This document shows positions 26,164 to 39,429 of a stretch of DNA of 64,000 bases, piece after piece (the stretch's first letter is position 1; every line of letters starts with the position of its first letter). The translations under genes and the position numbers were made by a program. Under the pieces are notes generated by a model, which had not been told where the DNA came from, did not search any database, and worked only from the letters and a program-made list of their open reading frames with translations. This DNA comes from Octopus vulgaris (lineage: Eukaryota), in NCBI GenBank assembly GCA_951406725.2, contig OX597840.1, positions 13,082,001 through 13,146,000 of the forward strand, written 5' to 3'.

Positions 26164-26330
26164 TGCAATGGGCTTCTTTCAGTTTCCGTCTACCAAATCC
26201 ACTCACAAGGCATTGGTTGGCCTGAGGCTATAGTAGAAGACACTTGCCCAAGGTGTCATACAGTGGGGTTGAACCCGGAACCATGTGGTTGGTAAGCAAA
26301 CTACTTACCACACAGCCACTCCTACGCCTA
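23060..26330 (-). mobile_element. Array of minus-strand SINE A copies
   Basis: Copies or fragments at ~23065-23310, 23430-23760, 23793-23990, 24650-24765, 24771-25195, 25889-26328. Confidence 0.85.
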
Positions 26331-28159
26331 TGTTTATTTGTTCTGTTGTTAGATATTCATCAGAATATTCTTCGTATGTAACATGAGTCAGGGCAGGTGT
26401 CACTCATTCCTACATAACACAGGTGTGAAATATCATTCATAATGTGCATTTATGTAACTGGAAGTGTGGTACTCATATTTATGCTTCTCTGTCCCCCCTC
26501 CTCCCAGATACTCTGTGGAAAGGTCATTATCACCAACATCACTTAACCTAAAGCTATAGTAGAAGACACTTGCCCAAGGTGCCACACAGTGGAACTGAAC
26601 CCAGAACCGTGTGGTTCGTTAGCAAGCTACTTACTACCACAGAGCCACTCCTATGCCATCTATCAGCCAAAGGTCTAGTTCCCATATTTCTACATCTATG
26701 TTCTTCCTCTACAAAAGCTCAAGGGAGAGGCACAGCTTGCATGCATGAGATGTGCCTTAATTTTTTGTTTCTTTGTTTGTTTTGATATGGAATAATGGAT
26801 GTAGAGTAGTGGAGAATGCTAGAAAGAGCAGCAATAAAAATGGTTTGGTCGATGAGTGGTTTTATTGCTGAGAAAGAGGAAGATAAACAATGAATTGTAG
26901 AGAATGGTGGGGATAGAGCTTTTGATGAATGTTGTGAAAAGAAAGGGGATGATATGGTTGAGTCATGGGCTGAAGGCGGTGGAGGTGGGAATGAGGACAA
27001 GGGTTGAGGTAAAATGGAGTAAACTTTCATGGGGTCCACAAAACTAACCCTTGTTTTAGTAAGGATAATGGAGAGAAAAGAGAAACATATATATGCATAT
27101 TCCTTACTGCTACTGATTGCTGCTACTACTACTACTACTACTGCTGCTAGTTCTCTTCTTCTTCCCCCTCTTCTATTTCCTCTGCAACTACTGCTATTTG
27201 TTGTCTTCCTCTTCTTCCTCTTCTTCCCCCTCTTCCTCTTCTTCCTCCACTTCCTCTTCTTCCCCCTCTTACACTTCTTCCTCCTCTTCCACCTCTTCCT
27301 CCTCTTCCACCTCTTCCTCTTCTTCCTCCTCTTCCACTTCTTCCACTTCTTCCTACTCTTCCATTTCCTCCTCTTCCACTTCTTCCTCTTCCACTACTCT
27401 TCCACTTCTTCCTCTTCTTCAACTTCTTCCTACTCTTCCTCCTCCTCCTCTTCCTCCTATTTTCCCTGCAACTACTGCTATCACTGTTGCTTCTCCTTCT
27501 CTTCCTTCCTCTCCTACAATTATTACTACCATTCCTCCTGCTACTACTCTTATCACTGCTGTGTCTGTTCCCCCTCATTCTCCTCCTCCTCCTACTCCTA
27601 CTGGCTGCTGAGAAAACCCCCTTGTTGTCAAACCACTGACCTTTGTCTCATTCTCTACTGACTCCATAATGCGTTTATTAAACATATTGATAAAACTATA
27701 AACTTTTTGCCTTCACCTGTTTATTCCGACCAAATAAACTCCATCTCTCACCTGTTTTATTTACACTTTGAACCCACCTCCCAAACAACATTAGATTCTG
27801 AATATTTCCATACCAATAATAATTTCTTATATTTATACGCCCTTTTCAAGCCTAGCCAGGCTCATGGGCCCAGTTTCCCGGTTTCTATGGCGTATGTTTC
27901 TCCCCTGCTGGACGAGACACCAGTCCATCGCAGCATTACTCAAGAAACAAGAAGAAAAAGTGAGAGAAAGTTGGGGCGAAAGAGTACAACAGGGGTCGCC
28001 ACCACCCCCTGCTGGAGCCTCGTGGAACTTTAGGTGTTTTCGCTCAATAAACACACACAGCACCTGGTCTGGGAATCGTAAGCGTGTTCCTCCGACCGTG
28101 AGTCCGCTGCTCTAACCACTGGGCCATTGCGCGTCCACCCTAATAATAATGATAATAAT

Positions 28160-28885
28160 AATCTTTTCTACTATAGGCACAAGACCTGAAATTTTGGAGG
28201 AGGGTACTAAGTTGATTACATCGACCCCAGTGCTTGACTGGTACTTTTTTTCCATTGTCCCTGAAAGAATGAAAGGCAAAGTCAACCACGGCAGAATTTG
28301 AACTCAGAGTGTACCAGCAAATGACCTGCCGCTAAGGATTTCACCCAGTGTGCTAACAATTCTGCCAGCTTGCCGCCTTGCTAATAATGATAATAATAAT
28401 GGTTTCAAATTTTGCTACAAGGGCAGCCATTTTGGGGAGGAGATCAGCCGATTAGATTGACCCCAGTATACAACTGGTACTTGATTTATCTACCCTAAAG
28501 GGGTGAAAGGCAAAGTCGACCTCTGCTGAATTTGAATTCAGAATGTAGTGATGGGTGAAATATCGCTAAGCATTTTGCCCAGTCTGCTAACAATTCTGCC
28601 AACTCGCCACCTTTTTTTTTTTTAATAATAATAATAATAATAATGATAATAATAATAATAATGGTTTCAAATTTTTGCCACAAGGGCTGCAGTTTTGGGG
28701 GAGGGGATGAGTTGATTACATCGACCTACCTCCCCCCCCTTGTTCAACTGGTACTTATTCTATTGACCCTGAAAGGATGAAAGGCAAAGTCAGCCTTGGC
28801 GGAATTTGAACTCAGAACATAAAGACAAATGAAATATTGCTAAGCATTTTGTCCAGCATGCCAATGTTTCTGCCAGCATGCCACC

Positions 28886-28887
<2 letters not shown>
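28160..28887 (-). mobile_element. Tandem SINE B copies separated by (TAA)n
   Basis: Copies at ~28160-28378, 28400-28612, 28661-28887. Confidence 0.85.
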
Positions 28888-28939
<52 letters not shown>

Positions 28940-28940
<1 letters not shown>

Positions 28941-30420
28941 GTTCTGGTTTTATCGGTCACAAGGGCTAATATAAATTAAAGACATGTAAGGACAAAAACA
29001 GGATGAAAAGTACAAAGGTTTTTGTGAAAAAAAAGGTCCGTGTAAACATTAAAATAACAATGAAAAATATAACAAATAAAACTCCCAAATAGGGGGAGGC
29101 ACTTTGAAAGGTTATTCATGGAAAAACCCATAAAAGCCACAGGAGCCTGGTCAAACAGGGAGAGAGCCCCTTCTTTTATATTACCATTTTTTTACAGGTG
29201 TAAGTAACCTTAGAATTGGTCTGTTCATATTGGCCATTTTACCGACATTCACCCACCTTTCAATAAATTTGCTATGGGACAACACTTCCCTCTCTACTCT
29301 CATCTTCCTTTTCAAGTGGAACTTGAAAAAGTTGATAAGGCCCTGGTCAAAGAGGAAAGTGTCTGACTCTAGCCCTTGCAAATGGGTCCACCATACCACC
29401 TCTTTCGCTACAGCCACCGGACAAGGAAAATTGCCTTGCCCTCTCTGTTAAAGGAGGTCAGCGGGGCAATCTTCACTGTGGATTCAGCTGATAGCCAGAT
29501 CTGTCCTACACACGACAAGCTGTTCAACATAAACCCACAGATCAGCAATACTTGGGCACTAGACGAGTGTTTGCAGAATGGTTTTATCACCCTGAGCGCA
29601 CCTCGGGCAGACCTGGCTGACGGCACTTCCGTGCCAGTAGAATTTATTTTGAACAGGCAGAGTCCCTCGGTAGCATTGCCAGGTGAGGGGATCTTTGGAA
29701 GCTATTCATGGGCCCAGCCTGAAAGTTCTTCCGAACAGACCGTTTAGCTGATTATCATCGACGCCTAGAGTTTCCCTGAGAACGTTGTCACACTTTTCCT
29801 GCACTAACCCTCTATAGAACGCTAGAGTGGAACTACTACCAGTCACATTGCCCACTTGGTGGAGGGTGGTGGGAGCTTGACGGCACTCAAGGTGACAAAT
29901 GCCCTTTCTCGGTCTGTGTTTGATCGAAGGGTGCAGCTCGTTTAAAGAGACGAGCTGTGGAAAGTCATGTCTGACCATCCAGGAAACACTTGAGATACCG
30001 TAGCCTGAGCGCATGTCTATGTATCAGCAACCTCAGCATGCCAAGGCCTCCATTTAGCAGCTGTTGACAGCAGATGGAGTGCTTGACCCTTTAACAGAAA
30101 GTCAAAGAGCAAGCACACCAACTTGGCCAGCCAGTGGTCAGGACAAGGGACGACGGTCAATAGGTAATAGATGATGGATGTGATGTACACATTTGCCACC
30201 TCCGCTTGACCTTTCCTCTCGGCCCTCTTTTGGGTGAGATTGGCCACCCTGCTCATCACATCCTCCCAGTTTTTCTCCACTTGGAGGTCCGGACCAAATC
30301 AGACTTCAGGCAGTTTAGCAGGACCATCTGTCCGGCATCCTACAACACTGTTGGATGGCATGGACTTGCCCCTCCAGGTGCCCAGTTGCAAGCCCGCCAA
30401 CTTTTCCTCGTTAATTTTCG
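28940..30420 (-). mobile_element. 5'-truncated Tx1/L1-clade LINE (ORF2 C-terminal part plus 3' UTR), frameshifted
   Basis: Minus-strand peptides GLQLGTWRGKSMP, FGPDLQVEKNWEDVMSRV, AEVANVYITSIIYYLLTVVPCP and a degenerate zinc knuckle CPRCAQGDKTILQTLV*CP; the 3' end ...TTAGCCCTTGTGACCGATAAA abuts (TTA)n. Confidence 0.85.
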
Positions 30421-30478
30421 CACCTTCGTATATTTTAACCCCAGTGTCACTTGGATGGCATGCACTGCTATCACACTC

Positions 30479-30520
<42 letters not shown>

Positions 30521-30522
<2 letters not shown>

Positions 30523-31001
30523 GTCTTGGTATAAAAGATGGGCTACAGCAAATATTCTGCTCAATACCACAGATTTGCTTGTCAGTTGTTTGACCTTAAC
30601 CAGTTGAGCATGTCCCTTAGTGGCTGACGATATGTGCATCTCTGATCACGAGCAGAAGTAGTGGGGGAGCATCATAGCCATGTATTGAGAGGGATTCTTT
30701 GGGGTTTGAATAATTCACCTCTGGAAACATGGGTGGTTCTTTCAACATCCTTAAACAACCCTTATTCAGGGACCGTTTGAGCGGGATGGGTTACTCAACC
30801 TGAAGAAAATTCTAACTGGGCCCCACCTGCAAGGTCACGTGCTGTTTATCTTGATATGAGATCACCATGTCGCGCACATATGGTTGTGATGCATGTGCCT
30901 GGTGTACCCTTATCAGACGGGTAGTCATGATGGGTATATTGTTGGGCTTCGTATATTTTACCCCAGTGTCACTTTGATGGCATGAACTGCTCTCTCACTC
31001 A
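30521..31001 (+). mobile_element. Family C retroposon ending CACTCAA(TAA)n
   Basis: ~480-bp copy flanked by (TAA)n; a short 3' copy lies at 30426-30479. Confidence 0.85.
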
Positions 31002-31024
31002 ATAATAATAATAACAATAATAAT

Positions 31025-31059
<35 letters not shown>

Positions 31060-31438
31060 TAATAGCAGCAACAACTACATCAATAATAATCCTCATTAAC
31101 CTTCATTATGTCCAGTTTTCCATGTTGGTCGATGTAGTTGTGTGTTCTCGCCTGCAGGTTGACTCATTGCTTCCTTTTTCTTTTCAATTCCATTCTCAAT
31201 ATCTCACCGTATTCCTACTAATCTATTTTGAGGAATTTCTCCCTTGCACCTTTGTAATATCTCTTCCATATAATCTGCTTGTCATGCTTTCTGGTTCTAC
31301 TTTTGATTCCAGTACTGCTGAAATGGTAGATTATAAACTGACTTAGTTCTCTCTTTCTCTTTCTCTCTCTTTTTTTCTTTATTTTTGTCTTTTTTTTCTC
31401 TCATTCTCCCTCCCATTGTTTCTCACTCTCTTTACTTG

Positions 31439-31471
<33 letters not shown>

Positions 31472-32739
31472 ATCTCATTCTTTCTCTCTTTCTCCCATTC
31501 TTCCTCACTCTGTTTCTTTGCCTCTTTCTCTTCCTCTCTCTGTTTATCTCTCATTCTCTCTCCCGCTCCCCCATTCTTTTTCACTCTCTTTCTCTGGCTG
31601 TCTCTCTTCTCTTTCCTACTCATTCTTTCTCCATCGCATTCTCTCGCTTTTTGTTTCTTTCTCTGTCTGTCTATCTCTCTTTCTCTCACTTCCTCTCAAG
31701 CTCTCTAACTCTATTTCTCTCTCTTTCACCCACGTTCACTCTCCCCTCTCTCTTTCACTCTTGCCCCTTTCACTCTCCTTTTCTCTTTCTCTCCTCTATC
31801 TGTCTCTCTATGTCTCTCTTCTGTGTCTGTCTGTCTCTCCCCCTCTCCTCTGTCTGTGTGTGTCTCCCTCTCTCTCGCCTCTTCCCTCCCCTTTTGCTTC
31901 ACAGTTAAGTCTGTGCTACCGCTTCAATGTGGCAGAAGAAAGGATTAAAAAAATAATACAACAAAAACATAAAAGAAATAAAGAAGATATCAAAACTTCC
32001 GTTGTGGCTGTTTGGATAAGAAGTTCACTTAGCATCTCTATGGTTTCAGGTTCAGTCCCACTGCATGGCACCTTGGACAACTGTCTTCTACTATTGTCCC
32101 AGGTCAATGAATGGATTTTCTAGATGGAAACTGAAAGAATCCTGTAGCTTTGTGGTAAGAAGCTTGCTTCCCAACCACATGGTTTGGGGTTCAGCCCTGT
32201 TGCATGGTACCTTGGGCAAGGGTCTTCTACTATAGCCCTGGGCTGATTAAAGCCTTGTGAATAGATTTTCTAGATGGAAACTGAAAGAATCCCATAGGTT
32301 TGTAGTAAGAAGCTTGATTCCTAACCACAACATGGATTTTGGTTCAGTCCCGTTGCATGGTACCTGGAGTCTTCTACTATAGCCCTGGGCTGATCAAAGC
32401 CCTATGAATGGATTTGGTAGATGGAAACTAAAAGAAGCCTGTCGTTTTAATGTCCTCTTTTCCATGCTTGCATGTGTTGGACAGAATGTGTCAAGGCAGA
32501 TTTTCTATGCCTGGACGCCCTTCCTGTTTCCATGCAGGGTGATAATATATCCCCTGAGGCCAGACATGTTTTCAGGGGGAGACTGGAAATGAACAACACC
32601 ACTTGTATGATGGTGAAACTCATTTACGACTGTCACACCATGTCAGGACAAGGAGAGACTTTAACCAATGTGGGTCATGGCAACCATCTAACTCATGCCA
32701 GTGTAGATATACAGATGTAAAACTGGTGCAGTTGCAGAA

Positions 32740-33140
32740 GTTGATGATGATGACGATGATGATGATAAGAATGATGTTGATGATAATGATGATGATAACG
32801 ATAATATTGATAGTTATGATGATACTTATAACAATGATGATTATGATGTTGATGATGCTGATGATAGTGGTGATGCAGGATATTTGTGACGATGATGATG
32901 ATGATGATGATTGTGATGACGGTGATGATGTTGTTGATGCTGATAATGATGGTAGTGATGATGGTGATGAGTTGATGCCAATGATGGTGATTATGATAAT
33001 GATAGTGATGATGAAGAGGATGATGATGATGATGTTGATAATCATGACGATAGCGGTTATGACACTAATAACGGTAATAATGATGTGGATGGTGATAACG
33101 ATGATAAGAACGATGTCAATGATGACAACCATAATTATAA
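32740..33140. repeat. (GAT)n degenerate trinucleotide repeat
   Basis: Direct inspection; a (TAA/TGA)n array of similar type lies at 60506-60758. Confidence 0.95.
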
Positions 33141-35081
33141 AAACGAATGCAGACAGAACCACGCCCTGCCCCCACCATAAAGTTTTGGGCAGAACTATGG
33201 CTACATTTAATTATATCAAAGCCACACCCTACTTGACTCGCCCTCATTCCACTCTCTCCGGAAAGACGAAAGACTAAGTCCACCTCGGCAAGCAATACTG
33301 AATTTCACACTTAATACAGCAGTGCAATTTACCCGATGCTCAACCGATTAATTGATTCCGTCATTCCGCATCTTTACTGCGGCACGAGGAAAGACAACAT
33401 TCGTTTGAACTGTGAGCATCCTGTAATTAACAGTGAATGTATTGCATTTAATTAATTTGTTAATCAATGTTAAATGTTGATTTAAACTTGATTATGTGTT
33501 TACTAGGAAGAGAAGATCAAGGAGAATTAACGAATTAATTAAACGACAAATGATAAGAAGCTGTTGCTGTATCAAAAAATAAATTAAATATATTCCAATG
33601 AATTATCTTATAAAACACTTTTTTTTGCATGCGTGTGTGTGTGTGTGTTGATATGAGTGTGTCCATTTGTGTGTGAGTGTATGTCATTGTATTTATGTAT
33701 GTGAGTGCGTTTCAGTATGCAACTGCGTTTGTGTGTGTGTGTGTGTATTTGTGTTTATACATGTGTGTATGTGTGTATTTGTGTTTGTGTGAATGTGTGT
33801 ATGTATTTGTATTTATGCATGTGTGTGTGTATATATTTGTGTTTATGCATGTATGAATGTGTGTGTGTGTATATGTGTTCATGTGAGTGCGTGTATATTT
33901 GTTTATGTATGTGTGCATCTGCATTTAGGTGTTTATGCATGTGTGTGTATGCTTTGATGCATACACTTCTGTGTTTGCAAGTGTGTGTGTCTTTTGTGTT
34001 TGAATGTGTGTTAATGTGTATGTTTTTACATGTGAGTGTATGTCTATTTGTGTGTGTGTGTATTTGTGTGCATGTGCTTTTATGAATGTGTGTATTTGTG
34101 TAAGTGTATGTTTGTGTGTGTGTGGTTTTATCTCTGTGTGAATGTACTTAATGTGTATGCGTGTGTGTGTTTAGGTGTGTATGTGTGTACTGTTGTACCA
34201 TTATATATAGCGATGGAGATGGATGCAGTAGAGGACCAGGATGTCCCGTTTTCCTCATCTGGCTCTTTGTGCTTCACAATGTGTTGCTGTAAGCCGTAAT
34301 TGTCTTCCTCTCTGTCGAACTACCAAGTTTTCTTCTGCAGAATCTGCCAGATCCAGTTTTCACCTGTATCAGTAATCAAACTCTAATATGTTAATAAGCC
34401 CCTAAAGCTGGAACCCAGACAGGTGTTACCAATCCGGGGTCAGAGTAGATCAGGGAACAATAACGGCTAAACGGCGAGCTGACAGAAACGTTAGCACGCG
34501 GGCGAAGTGCGTAGCCGTATTTCGTCTTCCGTAACGTTCTGAGTTCAAATTCCGCCGAGGTCGACTTTGCCTTTCATCCTTTCGGGGTCAATAAACTAAG
34601 TACCAGTTACGCACTGGGGTCGATGTAATCAATTTAATCCGTTTGTCTGTCCTCTCTGTGTTTGGCCCCTTGTAGGTAGTAAAGAAATAGGTGGTTCTAC
34701 ATTCCTGAAGACCCTGTAAACTCTGAGCCAGTGTTTTCTGAGTAGATTTGGTTGACAGAAACTGAAAGAAGCCTGTCGTGTGTGTGTGTGTGTTTTATGA
34801 ATTCCATGTTTGTGATTATGACTGTTCCACCACAACCGGTGTTGGTTTGTCTACATCCTTCTAACATTGTCACATGGCAAAAGAGACTGAAAGAATAAGT
34901 ACCGTAGACTGAGATCAATCTGTTTGACTAAACCACTTAGAGCCATGCTCCAGCTTGGCCACAGTCCACTGACTGAAACAAGTCAAAAGATATTTCAGTC
35001 AATGAATGTTTCACTTGATTCAATCAATGGAACAGCTCGCTTGTGAAATTAACATGCAAGTGACTGAGTACTCCACAGACT

Positions 35082-35473
35082 TACTCTTTTACTTGTTTCA
35101 GTCATTTGACTGCGGCCATGCTGGAGCACCGCCTTTAGTCGAGCAACTCGACCCCGGGACTTATTCTTTGTAAGCCCAGTACTTATTCTATCGGTCTCTT
35201 TTTTGCCGAACCGCTAAGTGACGGGGATGTAAACACACCAGCATCAGTTGTCAAGCAATGCTAGGGGGACAAACACAGACACACAAACACATACACATAC
35301 ATACATACATACATATACATATATACGACAGGCTTCTTTCAGTTTCCGTCTACCAAATCCACTCACAAGGCATTGGTCGGCCCGGGGCTATAGCAGAAGA
35401 CACTTGCCCAAGATGCCACGCAGTGGGACTGAACCCGGAACCATGTGGTTGGTTAGCAAGCTACTTACCACAC
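35082..35473 (-). mobile_element. SINE A nested in a SINE G copy (35020-35680)
   Basis: SINE G sequence resumes on both sides of the insert. Other - copies of A at 42157-42520, 45750-46139, 48520-48840, 55322-55705. Confidence 0.85.
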
Positions 35474-36579
35474 ATCCTTAATGTAGTTCTCAGGAAGAGT
35501 CAATGTGACATAGCTGGTGCTTTTGATTTACTGGTACAATTCATTTTGGCTGGCTGAGTAGAATGGAACAATGCGAAATAAAGTGTCTTGCTCAGGGACA
35601 CAATCTGCCACTGAGAATTGAACCCAATACCTTACAGTCAGGAACTGAATATCCCTAACCACTAAGCCACGAGCCTTCACAAGTCAAAAGATAAAAAGAA
35701 GATAATTTATACTTTTAATGTTATTTTGTTCTGTCTGTATAATTTTAGAAATAGCATTTCTTAAAATGTCACTCCGCAGTAAATATTTGCGATTTTAACA
35801 TTTTGCATTAAAATATAATTGGTTTGCATAAAGAGATAAAAAAAAAGAAAAGAAAGAAAAATTCTTTTTTTAAATATTTTTTACTCTCTTCCAAATATTA
35901 ATTTTACGTTTTTTTGCTTCAATTCTTTTTATTCCAATTTATGTTAAATGTCAGTTTTTCTCAAGTGTCTGCAATAATATTATTTTATTTTACTTTAATT
36001 TATTTATTTTCTCTATGTGCATGTGTGTGCATAGTTTATTATGTGTGCATGTATGTGTATTTGTGTGTGAATGTGTTTGTGTGTGTGTTTATTTCTCAAG
36101 TAATCATATATTTAGATAACCATATATTATTATTATTGTTATTGTTGTTGTTGATATTTTCTTTCTATAAAGTATATTTGCTTATTTTTCATTATTTTTA
36201 TTTCATCTATTTATTTATTCTAAATTCTTTATTATATAGAAAAATTTTCCACAATTTCTCTTGTATTATTTATTGATCGTTAAATATCATTATTATTTCT
36301 AAATTTCAATACAATCTTTTGATTAAGCTGCTGCGATTGTCTTCTTCAATAGCTCGTTATTCAATAAACTTGTTATTATATTGATTGTGGATTTTAATTG
36401 AATGCTGTAAGCAACATAAACTATTAAAGGAATTTCACTTAGAAATTATTTATTATTGAAGTAAACATACGTCTGCAGAACTAAATACTATGATGGATTG
36501 CATTCTTGTTGTTTTTGGTGGTGTTGCTAAATTAAGAAAATTATTATTATCAATAACAGAAAGAATGACGATGATAATA

Positions 36580-38290
36580 ATTCTTTCAAATTTTGGTGCA
36601 AAGCCAACAAATTTTGAGTGGAGAGGGCAGGTCAGTTATATTGCCCCCAAGTGTTCAGCTGGTACTCATTTTATCAACCCAGGAGGGATAAAAGACAAAG
36701 TGGACCATGGCAGAATTTGAACTCAGAGCATAAAGACAGATGAAATGCTGTTGAGCATTTAACCCAGCATGCTAATGTTTCTTATTTCTTTATTGCCCAC
36801 AAGGGGCTAAACATAGAGGGGACAAACAAGGACAGACAAAGGGATTAAGTCGATTACATCAACCCCAGTGCATAACTGGTACTTAATTCATTGAGTACTG
36901 GTACTTAATTCAGGCTGCGAGCTGGCAGAAACGTTAGCACGCCGGGCGAAATGCGTAGCCGTATTTCGTCTGAGTTCAAATTTCGCCGAGGTCAACTTTG
37001 CCTTTCATCTTTTCGGGGTCGATAAATTAAGTACCAGTTACACACTGGGGTCTATGTAAACAACTTAATTCGTTTGTCTGTCCTTGTTTGTCCTCTCTGT
37101 GTTTAGCCCCTTGTGGGTAGTAAAGAAATAGGTACTTAATTCATCGACCATGAAAGGATGAAAGGCAAAGTTGCCCTCGGTGGAATTTGAAATCAGAACG
37201 TTACAGCAGACGAAATACCGCTAAGCATTTTGCCTGGCCTGCTAACGTTTGTGCCAGCTCACGACTTTGTAGTTGTAATAATGATAATAATAATAAGAAG
37301 AAGAATGGTTTCAAATTTTGCCACAAGGGCAGCAATTTTGGGGTAGGGATGAATCAATTACATTGACCCCCCCAGTGTTCAACTGGTACTTATTTTATTG
37401 ACCCTGACAAGATGAAAGGTAAAGTCGACCGAGGTGGGATTTGAACTCAGAACGTAGCAACGGATGAAATACCGCCAAGCATTTTATCCAGCTTGATAAC
37501 AATTCTGCCAGCTCACTGCCTTATAGTAGTAGTAGTAATAATAATAATAATAATAATAATAATCCTTTCTACTATAGGCACAAGGCCTGAAATTTTGGGG
37601 GATGAGGATAGTCGATTTCATCGACCCCAGTGAGTAAATGGTACTTATTTCATCAACCCTCAAAAGGATGAAAGGCAAAGTCAACCTCAGCGGAATTTGA
37701 ACTTGGAATGTAGCGATGGGTGAAACGCCACTAAGCATTTTGCCTGGCATGCTAACGATTCTGCCAGCTCTCCACCTTAAATAATAGTGATAATAACAAT
37801 AATAATTATTTCAGATTTTTTCCACAAAGGCAGCTTGGGGGAGGTGGGGATGAGTTGATTATATTAACTCCAGTGTTCAAATCTTTATATATAAAATTGA
37901 AGTTGTGTGTGTGAGACTCTGTCTCCTCCGATTTAGATTCCTAACTACTCCCACAATTTGCGGTGCAGTTTAACCAAAAGCGGATATCTTATAGTCGTCA
38001 TTCATATCGAGCCCTTCTGGGTATTAGCGCGCGTCTATGATGAGTCTACAATTTAAAAAAAAATTTACCATCATTTTTCCGCATTTTTAATGATTTTTGC
38101 TCGGGTTATATAAGGGAAGTAATTCTCTAAAAATGCTTATATAGTTATTTCCCTTACAAACCCAAGCAATGCTGGGCGATACTACTATTTATACTTATTT
38201 TATCGACCCTGGAAGGATGAAAAGTAAAGTCGACATTGGCAGAATTTGAACTCAGAACATAGTGGCAGACGAAATACTGCTAAGCATCTG
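36580..38290. mobile_element. Nested SINE B cluster
   Basis: The + copy at 36913-37130 is flanked by the 13-bp TSD GGTACTTAATTCA (36900-36912, 37131-37143) inside a - copy; further - copies extend to 38290. Confidence 0.85.
37882..38188 (+). mobile_element. Non-autonomous Helitron-like element nested in a SINE B copy
   Basis: Starts A|TC(TTTATATATAAAA); subterminal hairpin CCCAAGC-AAT-GCTGGG at 38161-38176; ends CTAT|T (degenerate CTAG); no TSD; splits a SINE B sequence. Confidence 0.7.
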
Positions 38291-39429
38291 GTACTTATTC
38301 TACTGTTCTCTCTTGCCAAACTGCTAAGTTACAGGAATGTAAACACACCAACACCAGTTGTCAAGTGGTGGTCATGGGACACATATATATATGATGGGTT
38401 TCTTTCAGTTTCTGTTTCTCATATCCACTCACAAGACTTTGACCAACTGTCTTCTACTATAGCCTCAAGCTGGCCAAAGTGCCATGCAGTGGGATTGAAC
38501 CCGGAACCATGTGGTTTGGGAAGCAAGCTTCTTACTTACCACACAGCCATGCGTGATTCCGTTGTGATGTGGGGGTTACCAGAATTGTTCAAACATAAAG
38601 CAAAATTCCACATAGAACATAAAGTACGAGAAATTGTACTGAGTTCAAATTTCTTGTTATTGGAAAGGCATTTAAAATTATGAAAAAAAAAGTCATTGAT
38701 GTTTATTACTTATAGATGCTATCTGCAATGTAAACCAATAGTTAAGTTATCATTAACACAAATTAATATTGTGATCATTAAATACTTAATTATAAATAAA
38801 GACGGTAACTTAAAAGACATCATTAACTCAATTATTGATATTATTTTAATTATTTCAATAAAACGCTTTTGTATACATGGAATTTATTAATGAGCATTTT
38901 AATTAATTTATGGTAGCGAAGTGATAGAGTTGTTAGGGCACGAGACGAAATATCTTGTGATATTTGTTCCAATACTATTCATTTTGAGTTCAAATCCTGC
39001 CAAGGAAGGTTAATTTTGACTTTTATCCTTTTGGGGGTTGATAATATAAAATACCTACTTAAGGTGTTTGTTTGGAGGAATTGTTAGGACTTTGTTGTAC
39101 TTGTTCCAGCCCTCTATGTCCTGGGTTCAAATCCTACCTATGGTAATTTTGCTTTACATCTTTTTAGGAGTTGATAAGATAAAATACCAGTCTAAAGCAG
39201 GGGACTGACAGAGTTGTTAGAATATCGGACAAAAATACTTTGTGTTTGTTTTAGCCCTTTCTAGTCTATTTCATTGTAGACTTAGTCTGCCATGCAGTTT
39301 AACCCTACCCTCATTGCACCTTGGATGTCTTTAGTAGGTCCCCCTCCATTGCTTGCATTATAGGGACTTGGTGTTTGGTTTGAAGATGAATTCATCCTTT
39401 CGTCCCACCAATCTCTTGGGCCCCAGAAA

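Noticed and set aside
27029-27661. Ser/Pro/Leu/RG-rich overlapping ORFs
   Set aside because: Low-complexity (CTT/CCT)n with no domain; likewise 31385-32123, 32603-33277, 46399-47548 and 60483-60872.
34190-34470. Possible solo LTR beginning TGTTGT
   Set aside because: No matching CA end, TSD or second copy identified.
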